This document shows, piece by piece, positions 25,171 to 37,904 of a stretch of 64,000 bases of DNA. Where the stretch lies: contig CP158635.1 in the NCBI GenBank assembly GCA_050273025.1, positions 18,538,001 through 18,602,000 of the forward strand, written 5' to 3'. Origin of the DNA: Cenococcum geophilum (taxonomy: Eukaryota). Both the position numbers and the translations under genes were made by a program. The notes under the pieces are model-generated. The model was not told where the DNA came from. It did not search any database and worked only from the letters and a program-made list of their open reading frames with translations. Position 1 is the stretch's first letter; each line of letters starts with the position of its first letter.

Positions 25171-28100
25171 CTAGTTAGTTGGTGGGGCTTGAAAAGTGTA
25201 TTGTACGCACCCTCGTGGATAACTGTCTGTTGAAGCAACAGCACGTATAGGATTTGGTTTGGATTGCTCTGGCAAGCCATATCGTCGAATTCGACGCGAC
25301 TCGAGCATTCCAGAGCCATGATGTTGATCTCCCGAATGCGTACGGTGAAGCTTGGCTTGCCCCCTAGCACTAGTATGAGATTTTTTCTTTTCTGGGCTGT
25401 CGGATATAGTTATGGGTTCTCTATTGGTTTGCTTTCGTTGAAATGGGTGCGCTGGTTCATAACGGGACTGAGGCAGAGGGTCTTGATCATCCGGTCTGGA
25501 TGTGAGTTGGGCTCCATTACGAGGATGTTGCTTAGTGGGCTGCGGAGCATTGCTTTGCACATGCCTGCCGCTATTCATATTCCGCAGATTATACCGTTCC
25601 TGTTTGTGGACCGAACTATCATCATTTCGAGCAGGATGCGGTGCTCCAACTCCCGTCCCAGGGGCAGAGGGAGGCCGATCAAGTGTGCCGCGCCTTTCTA
25701 CGCCGTGGGACGTCAATGACATCCCTTGCATACGGATTTTGTCGTAGGGGTCTGATGTGTTGTACTGACTGCGATGCAATGAGCTGTATTCCGAGGGGGG
25801 ATTTACAGGTGTTCTGCTAATGGGCAAAGTGTGTTTCGCTGATTGTAAAGACGTGAACAAGGCATCGGATCTCCGATTATTCGGGCTCTGTGGACTGGAA
25901 GTAAGATCAATAATCCTTGAATGTTCGGAGCTTTGCACCCCGACGTTGCGAGGGTACTGCAATTGTGCATGTGTATGCCTACTGGGTACGCCCACAGAAG
26001 CTTCACGTAGACGTTCGTGTACAGTTGTGTTACCTTGGATGGACTTCTGCCGCTTTGGCAGTGTACTTCCGGTACCGCTTGAATAATCAGACATAGGCGC
26101 AGGCCATGACTTGCGCTTGGATCCATGTGGATGTTGATATTGAGCAAGAGGCTGGTCCGATGCATTGTTGATAGGATTGGCTTCTGTATATAAGGTTCTC
26201 GGCCTTGAAAATATGCTTTCTGAAGCTGGTGCAGGCGCTTGGTTAGCCTGAGGCTGCTGCGCAATACTTAAGGCATGAAGTGATGGCATATTCTCTGGTT
26301 CTAAGGCATCCCGTTCTATTGATGGGATAACAACGTCGCCTTCACCAATTATGTGCTCCGCGCGACGGAGGTATCTTTTCTGGGGGCTGTCATGTAAAGG
26401 AACATGTTCGTTACTCCTTCCGGTTGATGAGTATGTGGCAGGTATAACCTCTCTCCGGGTATACTGGGGGGCAGGGATTGAGTGGGAAACAGGCTGAGGA
26501 AAACGCTGAGGATTATTATACTCTACCACACCTGGACGCATAGAGCTGTGAGTGGGTGCAGTGCTGTGGGTGTCCGGTCGGGATTGGAGCTATGCTTGAT
26601 CAGTGGTTGAAATTGAGACTCGCAGGGTCTATCGAGGTGCAGCCTATAAATTAATACAGCTAGTAGAATACTTACTTCGTACAGCACCCCGTTCGATTCC
26701 AAAAATCGAGGGGGCTGCTCTCTTTCCGAGGCTATCGCGGTGGGCGCTTCGGGGCTACTAGAGCGTATAAGTAAGCTCAGATGATCCGACACGAGAAATC
26801 ACACTCACTGGTTTGCCACCAACTGGCGGCCCCGCTCGTAAGCAGGTTCGGTTCTGTACTGTAATCGTGGCTCTGGCCGGTGAGGGTGTGAGATTTGCCT
26901 TGAATGAGGTTTAGGGTTGGGAGATATTGCGTGCACATTTTCTACACGACGATCCGTAACAGTTCTGAGGGCAGGCTGCATGGTTTGGTAAACGGGGCGG
27001 GGATGCCTCTGAATTAAAGGAATCTGACGTGGGGCGCGACGGACAAAGTACGTTTTCCCAGGCATGCGGTGAGTACTGTGAGCGTCAATCCACTCAACAT
27101 CAACAAGATCGTTAGCTTGAAGTTCATGGGCTGTGGCTTGGCTTGAAATAATCTCCAGGCTATGTTCTCGACCGTCGGCAGTGGACTCGGCATTTTCACT
27201 TTCGTTGTCCTCATCCTCATCGTCATCAAGGACGATGACTTCGCGGAAGGTTTCTTCCATCTCGGGCATTCCGGTATCACCTTCGCCACGCCATTTCATC
27301 AGCTGATCAAGCGAGGCTTGCTCGACTTTCGATCTGGCATCTACATACGAGCCGACCTTCAAAAGTCGGTCGTAGTCGGTATATTCATGGCGAATATGGG
27401 CTACTACCGCGAGCTGGACCCGGCGCGGCAATGGCAACTCTTGAGCATTACCTACCCTCTTGGTACCCTGGAAAAAGTCAGTCGAGACAAACATGGAAGA
27501 CATACTGGCCGGCTACTTCTCGAAAAGCATGCTTCACGATAGCTTCTAGATCCTCATCGGGAATTTTGGGAAAGAGGTCGCGAATGGCCGCTCGAATCTG
27601 TTGGCTTGTTTCTTGGACAGTGCCCGGTCGGCCGTGGAGGCCCATCCGACTGCCATGAGTGGCAAGGCTTCGAGCTAATCGCGAGGTCGCGATACCATCT
27701 AGATTTTTCTGGTAAGTTCCTCCACGATAACTGTAGCCAAGCCAGTCGCAGGCTTGGTCCACAACTTCATTTGGGAAATGATGTCCTATTCTATGCACAT
27801 GATGTGCAATCTTCTCGGGATTTACGTGGGCTTTGTTTTTTGGTTTGGCCTTTCGAGACGTAAGTAAAGCCAACTTGACAGGAAAGAAAAGGGGTTGCAC
27901 AAACCGAAACAATGTGAGCTACGAGTCCTCGTTTTCTGCAGAGATCTTTGCAATATTCTGTGAGATCTGGTGTACCGGCGGGGACGAATGAATATCCGAC
28001 TGGTGCATGTGCATCGTATGAAATCTGGAAGGATTTTCAGCTTTTGCCAGAAGCGCACTGATGGGAGAGTCGACCAACTGCAGAGTGAAGTTTCTTCTTT

Positions 28101-28216
28101 TCTTGAGTAACAGATTCAAGAAGGATTTTATATGGTTTCTTTTTGCGAGCTTTCGTAACTCTGTTAAGAGACCCGCTTGGTTGTGCAGCTGGCGCACGAT
28201 GATTGACTCTTGTCAT
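25171..28216 (-). CDS. DUF2293-domain protein, multi-exon, long low-complexity C-terminus
   Basis: Exon 1 MTRVNHR...KILLESVTQEKKKL; AIRDLFPKIP...AF, RVG, RRVQLAVVAHIRHEYTDYDRLL...W core. Confidence 0.8.
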
Positions 28217-28532
28217 CTCGTGTTTGCCTCACTTCCATGGGACCGCTTTGAAGCAGGTCTTACTTAGAGAGAAAGAAAGCGCAAGAATGCGTTAGTTAGC
28301 TTTCCTAGTGCCTTACAAGTAATCTACAATGTTGATGATTATAATCCAGCAACTGCTACAATCCGCAGTGTTGCTGTTGTCGCAAGCAGATGCGGCGGTA
28401 TGAAGTGGAGAGAGAAGGGTGGAAGCGCCAGCGATTTTGAAGGCGGCTATTGCCAAGCTCACGTGAGCGCGCTTTGCCGAGATTGCGCTGATCCCGAACA
28501 TCTCGCCTCCCATGTTACTGATATTGCCAGCT

Positions 28533-28958
28533 ATGGCCAGTGAAATTGTACTTGCATATCGCCACCTCTATCGGCATGGCCTTCGAGCAGTCCAATTCTC
28601 CAAGCCTGCTCGATATACTCTTCGGGATCGCCTGCGAACAGCATTTCGAAAGGGAAACCCACGCAACTTTGATCAGCGCAAAATCGACAACACGATCGAG
28701 TTTCTTCGAGGAGCAACTCGTGAAACAGGTTTAGAGCACAGGATTGTAAAAAACCTAATTTTCGTTTGGTTCCACCAAGCAGAACCAAAACCTACAAGGC
28801 CGAAGATGTAAAGTAAATCTGTTGAAAGCAGCGTACATGAACTGAGACTTTACAACAGCGAAACAGATGAGATCCATATTAGAGCTACGGCATATGATGT
28901 CTACAATCACACCGTGCGGATGCTGAACGAGAGCATGGGGACTTGCTTGCCAATTTAA
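28533..28958 (+). CDS. Small LYR-motif / DUF1763-type protein, 2 coding exons
   Basis: EIVLAYRHLYRHGLRAVQFSKPARYTLRDRLRTAF...GLEHRIVKNL; last exon ends MLNESMGTCLPI*. Confidence 0.75.
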
Positions 28959-29162
28959 AGCTCAATCGTACAAAACATGGCGCCTAATTATCCCAATTCC
29001 AAAGGATATATTCCATCAATCTACCTCGAAGCATCTATTCGAAGCTCCTGAATATTGCTGTTGGGAATCGTACTTCTAGAGAAATCTATACCAACCGCGA
29101 CCTGCCACAGTAATAGAAATTCTGGAGGGAGGAATCAGGACGATACTGGTATATGAGTGTAT

Positions 29163-30139
29163 TTACATGAAATCATCCAGGAAGTCTGGATCCCGGTCTT
29201 GATTGCTTGAAGAAGCTACGGCATCTTCGGATAGAAGGTCGTCGTAAGCATGGTCTCTATGCCATGCCTTCTCCTTTCTTTCCTTGGCCACTTTTGCCTC
29301 CTCCTTTTGCTGTTCGAGGAACGAAGATTAGCTGAGATAAGAATTCCAGGGGGTTGAACAGCTTGTTTCGCTTACCCGTGCAAGCTGAGCGGCCTTGTCA
29401 CGACGCCTCAGCTCCTTTTGCCTGTTCTCCTTCTCCTGTCTTAAATCGGGAAACTTTTCAACTTTAGTCTTGTTGAGGCGGTTGACGATGGGATTTTCTC
29501 TCTGGGGTACATGAATCTTCTTGACCTATAGCGGGTTTAGAAGGAAATTTGTAGTGAACAGCTCAAATACAACATGCTTTACCTTTCTCTGGTCTTTGAA
29601 GCCCACCTGACCGGTAGCCATGCTTCCATCTTTCTTAAGGTTTGACCATGGTGTGTAGATAACAGTAATGTTATCTTTCTTGTTGCCTGGATGGGCTTTA
29701 GCTTTATTCTTGTGAAAAGGAATTCTTAGTTAAACCCTCAATAGAGTTTGCCTTTGTCAGCTGTGCACAATCCTCCAGGAGTGGCTTTGGTATTGACTCC
29801 CATGATTCTTCTTCATCCAACCGCAGGTATATATGAGCGCTGGAAAGATTGTCGACGTGGAACTACAGATAAGAGATTGGTGACCGGATCATTGCTTCAC
29901 TTAAGTTAATCCGACATACCCTTTAACTTAGCGTTAGAAAACTGTGGACAGGTATTTCGTGATGCCTGCTTACCAGACGTCCTCGTCCAGGCCATATTTG
30001 ATCAACTCTTCGTCTGGAATAATATCAGAAAGGGAACTTGGCAAATTAGAAGCTTAAAGCGCTTACTCTCAACCTTGTCTTTACCAACATATATAAAGGC
30101 AGCGGGAGACACGGTATTACTCGTAAAGTAGTAGACCAT
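29163..30139 (-). CDS. CCDC25 / DUF814 (NFACT-R, Jlp2-like) protein, 6 exons
   Basis: Spliced by hand: [73 protein letters not shown]..|..LDDFM*. Not in the ORF track. Confidence 0.9.
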
Positions 30140-30823
30140 CTTTGTGGTGTCTTGAAGCGCTCAAAATGCTTTCGGTCTTCGTCGATGAAATAAGTGGTTG
30201 CGGTGAAATTTTAAAGCTGAAAGGCAGACAAAGCAAGGCGAAGCGGGGCGCCCGCTCAAATATGGTTCGCCTCAACACTGGTGGTCGGTCTCGCTAGTCG
30301 ACGTTTAAAGCATCCTCAGCAGAAGTCCTTTCTTCTTTCTTTCTCACAACAGACATTTGCGCTTTGGGTTATCATCACCTAGAAATGCTACACAGAACTG
30401 TCCGGACCTTCCAACGTGCTGCTCTTCGGCAGAGCACCGCTTGTCAGCACGGTCACGTCCATGGATTCAGATCTCAACCTGGTCCTCTCTACACTATAAC
30501 GCGTAAAAACCTATTACCTATCTTCGATTTAAATGGCCATTAACAGCTCTATAGGTTCACTATATAATAATAGTGATGGCCTTCCGTCTTCTCAAAACTC
30601 TTCTCAGGGCCCTTATCAGAACTGGTCTGTCGACAAGATCATTGTGCTTCAGTCAGATATCGCTACGACAAAATTACAGCTAGATCACTTCAAAAAGTCT
30701 ACTAATACGAAAATAAGCGACCTCCAAACTAGCCTCCAGACCAGCTTCACTTGGCAAACCGGCACCCTTGAGTCCAAGTTCGACTTAAAGTTCGATACAT
30801 TTTCTAGGGAAATAAGACATAGC

Positions 30824-30955
30824 ATATCGGAACTTAAGGCGGAGTTAACGCGGAGTATATCGGAACTTAGGGCGGAGTCAAAGCAGAATATATCGGGACT
30901 TAAGGCGGAGTCGAAGCAGAATACATCGGAACTTAGGGCGGAGTCGCACCGGGAT
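30824..30955 (+). repeat. 4 x 33-bp tandem repeat (ISELKAELTRS-type 11-aa units)
   Basis: atatcggaacttaaggcggag... recurring every 33 bp. Confidence 0.9.
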
Positions 30956-31128
30956 ATGTCGGACATAATAAAGAAGGTACATGAGCACGAGGCTCGATTG
31001 TTATGGCGAATATACTTTACTACAACTAGTATTCTTATATTGACTATATCCTACGTTCTAATAATATATAGTTTATTGGTATTACGGCTGCGGCAATCGA
31101 CGATGTAGCTATAATATTTGTGCGAGAC

Positions 31129-31260
31129 CAGTTTCCTCTATAGCAGATTCCTTATATTAAGCAAGTTCCTCTACAGCAGATTTCTTATGTCGAGCAGGTT
31201 CCTCTATGATATATTCCCTATGTTAAGCAGGTTCTTCTACAGCAGACTTCCTATATCAAG
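31129..31260 (+). repeat. 4 x 33-bp tandem repeat (consensus QVPLQQIPYVK)
   Basis: caggttcctctacagcagattccctatgttaag-like unit four times. Confidence 0.9.
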
Positions 31261-31541
31261 GAAAAATACAGTTAGACGGTGATAGGTCTCTACTTATACG
31301 AGACCGGTTTCTTCCACAGTAGACTCGTCGTGTCGAGGAGAAATAAAGCAAGATAGTAATAGGTGGCAGCCAAACGGGTTTATTCTGCATGTTTAGATAG
31401 CTATGGATGAAGATCCGTACCTGGTGTTTGCATCTGTTTGCACCTGTTTGCATCCGCGGGGCTCTCAACACGTGTGAAACCGCCAAACTCCGCATCCTTA
31501 TTCCACCCCCGTTGTAACACCAGTTCTCCCCCACTCCAGCC

Positions 31542-32040
31542 ATGCCTCCGGCACCAGAAGTCGATAAGCGCCAAGCCGCGCGTGAAGTCATCGACATCCT
31601 GCACGAGATCGCAACACTGCTGGTGTGTCCTCCAGTTCCTGTGCCCTTACACGTCTCCCATCCCATTTGAATCGCTCTCGTCGCTCTGCTACGAGGAATA
31701 GGGGGCTGACTATATTCTTTAACGGGACAGAATACGCACCTCAACCGCCAACAGCTCTCGTACTGCGTCTCCCTGATCGAGAACGGGGTTAATCCCGAGG
31801 CGCTGGCCGTACGTCGTTCTCCCAACCCTCTCTCTCCTGCCAATCCACCCCAATCCCACAGCTATTGCTCCTCGTACCGCTATCTCAGCAGCATGTCCTA
31901 GCCGCTCCTGTTTCTTACGATTGCCCAAGTGCGGCGGTGGGTCCTGCTAACTAGTGGTATCTAAATAGAACGTTATCAAGGAGCTGCGCACACAGTATCC
32001 ACCACCGCCGGAGGAAGAGGAAGAAGAGGAGGCAAGGTGA
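31542..32040 (+). CDS. MZT1: Mitotic spindle organizing protein 1 (MOZART1), 3 exons
   Basis: DKRQAAREVIDILHEIATLL|NTHLNRQQLSYCVSLIENGVNPEALA|NVIKELR. Confidence 0.9.
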
Positions 32041-32443
32041 GGGAGCTGAACTAGGCAATGGGGAGTTGGCGTTTAAAAGGGATGGGTGCGAGAATGCAGT
32101 ATATGCGGTACGATGCCCAAGGAACATCATAGTTAGTTTAGGCGCGAGGGACTAGCACATACATTCCGCGGCGGAAGAGCTGGGCATATTCCCGCCCCCA
32201 AAGAGAGCAGGATCACGTCGTCGAGAGCCGGGGAAGAGAAGCCCTCAACCACTACAGCAGGCCGAGTTCTAGACGCGTCTGCACTTCATACAGCATTACA
32301 GCATCACCATGCAGCACTTCAAAAAGCACTGAGACATAAATAATACACTCGTCCTGAAGATCCGCCTGACTAAAATTCTATGCTCTATAAAAGGTATCCA
32401 GCAAAGCCACCCACTTGCTTCGCCCTCTATCAACAGCCTTTAT

Positions 32444-33446
32444 CTACCTCCTCTGCCCGAAATTCCCCTTCTCATTCGCAACCTTCTCCAACGCCTTCCG
32501 CGCCCTCCTGTCCCGCTTGTCCAAAAACCCGTTATAGAACTTCGGCAGCAACCGCTTCGAATCTGGCGCAAAAAAAGGTTAGCCTAGACCTTGCAACGCC
32601 TCCGAGCCCTAAAGCCCCCGCTCCCAAACCAAAGACCAGAAAACAAAAACCGCAACAAACCGCCTCCCAAAAAAAAGGGAAAAAAGGGGCCAACTCACTC
32701 GCATGATCCTCCGCAAACTCAACCCCCTCGGCCCCCCTCTCCATACACACCCTCACCGCCTCCTCCAACAAACCCTCTCCAATCCCCTTGCCCCGATACT
32801 TCAGCCTAACCGTCCACGCCCTCACCACGCCCCTCCCGCACTTCTTCCCCCTCCCCTTCCCCCTCCGCCCGCCGCCCACCTCATCCGCCCAACCCAGCAC
32901 CAACGCCCCGATAACCTCCTCCCCCCACCGCACAACCACCATCGTGTCCTCCCCAAGCCACTCCCAATTGACCTCCTCGGCGAGGAAGATGTAGCCGCCA
33001 GCAGCCCAGCGCACGCCAGCCAGGACAGCCATGGTGACGCCAGCCCAGGTGGTCATGACGAGCGGCAGGTCCGAGGCGCGGCGGTACAGGTACTGCGCGA
33101 TGGCGGCCAGGACCGTGACGTAGAGGGCGAGGTGCGCGGGGTGCGAGAGCAGGGCACGCGACGCCAGCTGTCGCTGCTGCGCGATGCTGTCGGCGACGAG
33201 CTTCAGGCCTGCGACGCGGTCGTCGTCGGTTGTCGCGACGTAGGTTCGTAGTTCGGGCAGCGGCGGGGGGGCGGCGGCGTCGTCGGTGTTTGCGGAGGTG
33301 GCGGCGTTGGGGGAGGTGCGGGTGTGGGGTGTAGGAACGGTCGAGGCAGGGGAGGGGTTGGCGGAGAGGGCTGTGGAGGTTGAGACGGGGGGAGGCGGGA
33401 GCGAGAGCGAGGAGGCGCTGCTGCGCATGCTCGAGGGTGTGGACAT
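32444..33446 (-). CDS. GNAT-family N-acetyltransferase with two hydrophobic segments, 2 exons
   Basis: LKLVADSIAQQRQLA, VRAWTVRLKYRGKGIGEGLL (acetyl-CoA motif A); second exon SKRLLPKFYNG...GQRR*. Confidence 0.8.
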
Positions 33447-34254
33447 CGGGGAGGGTAGGAGGTCGTCGTCTGGGAGGCGGAGGTTGGCGCTGAGGGAGGT
33501 GAGGAAGGCTGAGAGGCAGGGTTAGCGGGTTGGTTTTAAGCTTCTGAGAACTTGGAGAGGGTTTCTCTGAGGGTTTCTACGGTTTTTTGAGGGAATTGAA
33601 GTGGTGGGTGTGTTGGGGAGCGAGAGAGATGGAGTCGCGTGCGCAAGTCCGAGAGGGCAGGAAAATTGTGACGCAGGGAAAAGTTTCTGTACGACACCCG
33701 CAGCTTGCAGCACCTTTTGCAAATGCGCACTCACCAGCACTGGTCCGAAAACCTGGGATGGAAGGAATCAATTTATCGCCAACGCCGTGGTAGTAGTGGT
33801 TGACGACGACGTCGGCAGAGAACTTTGGCGGCACAGCAGCAGCGGCGGGGGGAGGAGGAGGAGGAGGAGGGATGTGTTTGAGATGCGGCGGAGGTAGCTG
33901 GCGGACCATGGTAATTTAGATGGAGAAGGGGGCAAATAGGCTGACCAAAAAGGGAAAAATGGAAGGTTAAAAAAGGCAAAAAGGAAAATTAGTAGCTAGT
34001 GCGTTAGGTAACGGCAACGAGACGAGCTCCTCGACTTCGCTGCCGGTTAGAAAAAAGGATCAGTGACATTCTCTTTAAGTAGATTGGAAAACGTGCTCAC
34101 AAGTATTGGCTCTCATATCGCCAAGCTGCGAAGCCGCCCCAAACCCCAACACCCGTCTCCGATTGGCCACATGGGTGTTGAAGATAGAGATAAGCAAATG
34201 TCGTCAGTCTGTTAAAACCCTCAGCCCCGCCTGCAGACCGATGCTTAAACGTGC

Positions 34255-34734
34255 GCAATGCATTATCACAGCAAGCAACTCAGACGGCAACCGAGGCAGT
34301 AACCCCTGTATTTTAGGACGGCGAAAACACAGGGTCGACGTCAGACTGGTAACCTTCCTGCTACCTTTTCTAATACCCTACTCTTACTCTAAATAACGTA
34401 TTTTAAAAATCTAATTAATTATATAACTAATGCTACTTTTTAAGAATACTTATATAAAACCCTATAGTATAAAAGCAACTTATTTAGTGCGACTCGGAGC
34501 CCCGCCTGGGCACGATTTTGTCGCAAAACGTCGCAAAATCTACCTAAATCTTTACTTAGCTAATAGCTTTACATTTTAATAAAAATCTGATTAACTATAG
34601 AAGAGAAAGATGGTTTACTTTATTAACTTATTAGATTAAATTAAGAAGTTGTGAAAATTTAATTCGACGGCAGGACAAGCCTGCAGCGCGCGGGCCAGGT
34701 GCCGTCAGAGTCGCTCACTGAGATAAGCAATGCA
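34255..34734. mobile_element. Non-autonomous DNA-transposon/MITE relic (family B), AT-rich interior
   Basis: Imperfect ~35-bp inverted ends (ttatcacagcaagcaactcagacggca / tgccgtcagagtcgctcactgagataa); shares cagacggcaa.cgag.cagtaa and acccctgtattt with 15553-15669. Confidence 0.55.
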
Positions 34735-35374
34735 GCATGAGGCCGTCTGTAAAACTCCCGGCTTGTGCGTTAAGGGTTATAGCTTGTGTCGTATTGGTGT
34801 TATATTGGTGTTTGAATATATCTTGGCCCTTGGTTTGCATGATTCCTGGTTAGACACGAATCTGGACCTCGACCCTCCACTGGACCTCAACTATCCCTCG
34901 TCTGTCCCCCATGCCTGCCCTCCCACTGGCTTGACAACCATGTCAGACCGTGCCAAGACTTTCCACTGCATGCTGCAAAACAATCACACATCTATCACGT
35001 ATGACTATGGCGTTTTCGCAGCCTTATTTCACTCTATAAAACCCTGATCCCTGGGCCCTATCTAAAAGGATCGTGCAAGTCTTGCCAAACATGTTCCCCC
35101 CTCAAAAGCCCTTCCCCTCCTGAACTCACCCTATGCCGTAAATAAAGAAAACGACCACAAATACAAAGCATGCTGCCCGTGCAACTTTGATCATGGGGAC
35201 GGAAAGCTTTCTACACCAGAAACTCCCGCAATGAAAGGAAAAAAAAAAGAAACACCATTCTAGATTGCCTCTTCTCCCCTCCACCAACAACATCCTCGCT
35301 TTACCCCTCCGCTCATTATGTATATCTATCGACAGGGACTTCTACCAAGGTTACATCAAGTACCGACGCTTGAT

Positions 35375-37904
35375 TTATTTCTTGTTTGATTGCGTCGTCG
35401 ATGGCGCCCCTACGCCCGACCCGGGCTCAAGAGTATGCTCGTGTCCGAGTGCTCGAATGATGGTCCCAATTTCTTCCTGCCGGCAGATCGAGCTGGTCGA
35501 AACCCATCGGTCTTCGAGGATCTCGTCCATCGTAGCACGTTTCTTCGGGTCCAGCTCCAGCATGCGTCCAATGATATGTCTGCTCTCGCGAGGCAATAGT
35601 CGTAATAACCGCCACGGACCTTTGATGACTTGCTGCTGCTGCTCTTTGCTTTGGCTGGTCGACGCTGAACTTGTCGGCCGGTTTTCGTTTGTCGCTGGTT
35701 CCAGGTGATTTTCCCTGTTTCTATGGTGGTGGTGATGGTGATGCCCTGTGTTATTCGGGACATCAGAGGGCAGGCGAGATGCTGGTTCCGAGTACGGTCC
35801 TGATTGACGGCGGTCATCCGCAGCTGCTTCCGAGAGCTCCACGTTCGACCTTGAAGGCTGTTCGATCCGCTTGGGTCCATCATTGGGTGGCGAGACAAAG
35901 AGTTTGTACGAATTATCAGAGAGACGAGGTGCCTTCCATGGGAACCGGCGGAGTGTCATGCAGCAGAAGATGATGGCGAGGGACCAGACATCCGTAGGTT
36001 GAGGGTCGTACTTCGAGAGATCATATACCTCGGGTGCAAGATAAGGGTCAGAGCCAACAATTCCTAGCTCGTATTAGATCATCTATCTATTCAACCTCAC
36101 GGAGAGGCACTTACCACTAGCCGAGACTATCTCGTTCTCAAATGGATAGCGGAATACTGCGGCACTCCCAAAATCTATTATCTTCATGATCCCATGCTCG
36201 TTGACCACGACGTTATCCAACTTGAGATCCCGGTGTGCCAGGCCCATGTTATGCAGATAAGTCACTCCGTTGAGAATCTGCAGTGTAGCACAACTAATCT
36301 CCTCCCGACTCATCTTGCCAGTCATGACGATGGCGAAGAGATCGAATGGAGCGTACTCCATGACAACATACCAATTCCCCTTCTCGTGGACAAGATCCAT
36401 GGTTTCGATAACGTTGCCGTGATGGAGTGTAGATCCAACGCAGAACTCTGCCGTGACCTTCTTGCTGTACTCGCGTTCCGTTTCGTATGAATGCCTGGCT
36501 CTGAATTGTTTTACTGCGAATGTGACTCCATCGCTGCTTCTCTTCATGAGTCGAACGGATCCTCCAGCACCAGAGCCCAAAACCTTTCCGAACTTTCCAT
36601 ATTTGCTTTGCAATCCGTGGTCATCCGCAAACGGAACGCTTATTGATCCTTGCGACGATGGTGGAGTTCGGGTTCCCGCTTTATATGATTTGGACGATTT
36701 AGAAGTCTTGCTGCTCTTCGTAGACGGAGCGGGTGATTGCGCCCGTTTTTCTTTAGAATGCTTGTGGCCTCCGAGTTTGAAGAATCGTTTCAGCTCTGAC
36801 ATTGACCCCTGCTTTTTAACCCCCAAGCTAGGCCGGAAGTCACTATCCTCGCTGGTGTTTTGATGCTTTCCGCCACCAAAAAAACTATGTCGTTTTTCCT
36901 CTTTGCCTTGCACCTCTAAAGAAGCTCGAGAGCGGGGTATTGCGGCCGTTGGCGTTGATGACGTGTAACTATGGCTTTTTCGTGAGTCCCTCCCACCGAA
37001 AATGAATCTGGCGTCAAGAGCATCAAGATTCCGGGGCTGTGGAGGCCGCTTGTTGCGGGCGTATGGGTCGTCTTTATCACCCGAAGGTGTAAATGGCCTG
37101 CTATACGTAGGAGTGGAAGTACCTGGTGTTTGATTTCCAGGTGTGTGGGTTCCGGGTGATCCGGAAGGGCTTGTATCTCTCGAGGGAGGTAAAGAGTCAC
37201 CAGTAGGACCGACAGTAAAGGTAGGAGCATGTTTTGGATGTGTTGCAACAACTCCGCTTACATCCGACAATGATTTTGGCCGGGGCGATGGCAGTGGTGA
37301 TTCCCTAGGAGAAGCAGGTAGCACAGACGATTCAGGTTTTTTCTCACTATGTAGTATATCCATTGACGTAGGCGGAGGTTCGTGTGGGGGCGAAATTTGC
37401 GGTGTCATCATTGCCGGGTCAATATGTGCTTTTCTCTGTTCTATACCAGGACTAGCATTCCCATCTTGTGAAAGCGTTCCAGCAGGTGTCAGAGGAGGTG
37501 AATGCATGGTGGAGGCCGGAGGTGATGGTCTCATGGTCGTCCCTAAATGATATGCAGAGTGACCTGAGGGAGTTCGAGAAGCTGGGGATGGTGATGGAGC
37601 CTAAGGTAATCTGTCAGCGGGGCAAATACTACCATGATAAAATTGTGCTTACTCGTGATGCGGGAAGAGAGACTGGTTCAAAAGAAAAGTTTTCCATTCG
37701 TCTTGCCTGACATCTTGATTTCTGGAGATTCATAGACAAGTTGCGGATCTCTTCTTGAACTTCAGGACTGAACTCTTCTCTGGGGGTTTCAGAGGTCGAT
37801 GTAAGAGTCTCAACAGGTTGAAGCGACGTTTCCGGGGAGATCTCTTCGTTGACAGAGCTGAAGCGCACTGCCTGCTGAGGCTGGTTACTTTCAGTGGAAG
37901 CCAT
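35375..37904 (-). CDS. SAT4: HAL4/SAT4-family Ser/Thr protein kinase, 3 exons
   Basis: [12 protein letters not shown]-terminus, [69 protein letters not shown]. Confidence 0.85.

Larger units (their letters stand above)
30385..31275 (+). pseudogene. RIP-damaged gene: mitochondrial-presequence-like N-terminus, coiled coil with 11-aa repeats and a C-terminal hydrophobic segment (CCDC90/DUF1640-like architecture)
   Basis: MLHRTVRTFQRAALRQS..., ISELKAE-type repeats, RLLWR then an intron whose donor reads AT instead of GT, hydrophobic FIGITAAAIDDVAIIFV, in-frame TAG/TGA where sister repeats have CAG. Confidence 0.55.

Noticed and set aside
31129..31260. Regular 33-bp periodicity as possible CRISPR array
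   Set aside because: Contiguous tandem units with no unique spacers, eukaryotic context, codon-phased.
31425..31454. tgtttgca(t/c)c x3 upstream of MZT1
   Set aside because: Short 10-bp tandem repeat; no evidence of function.
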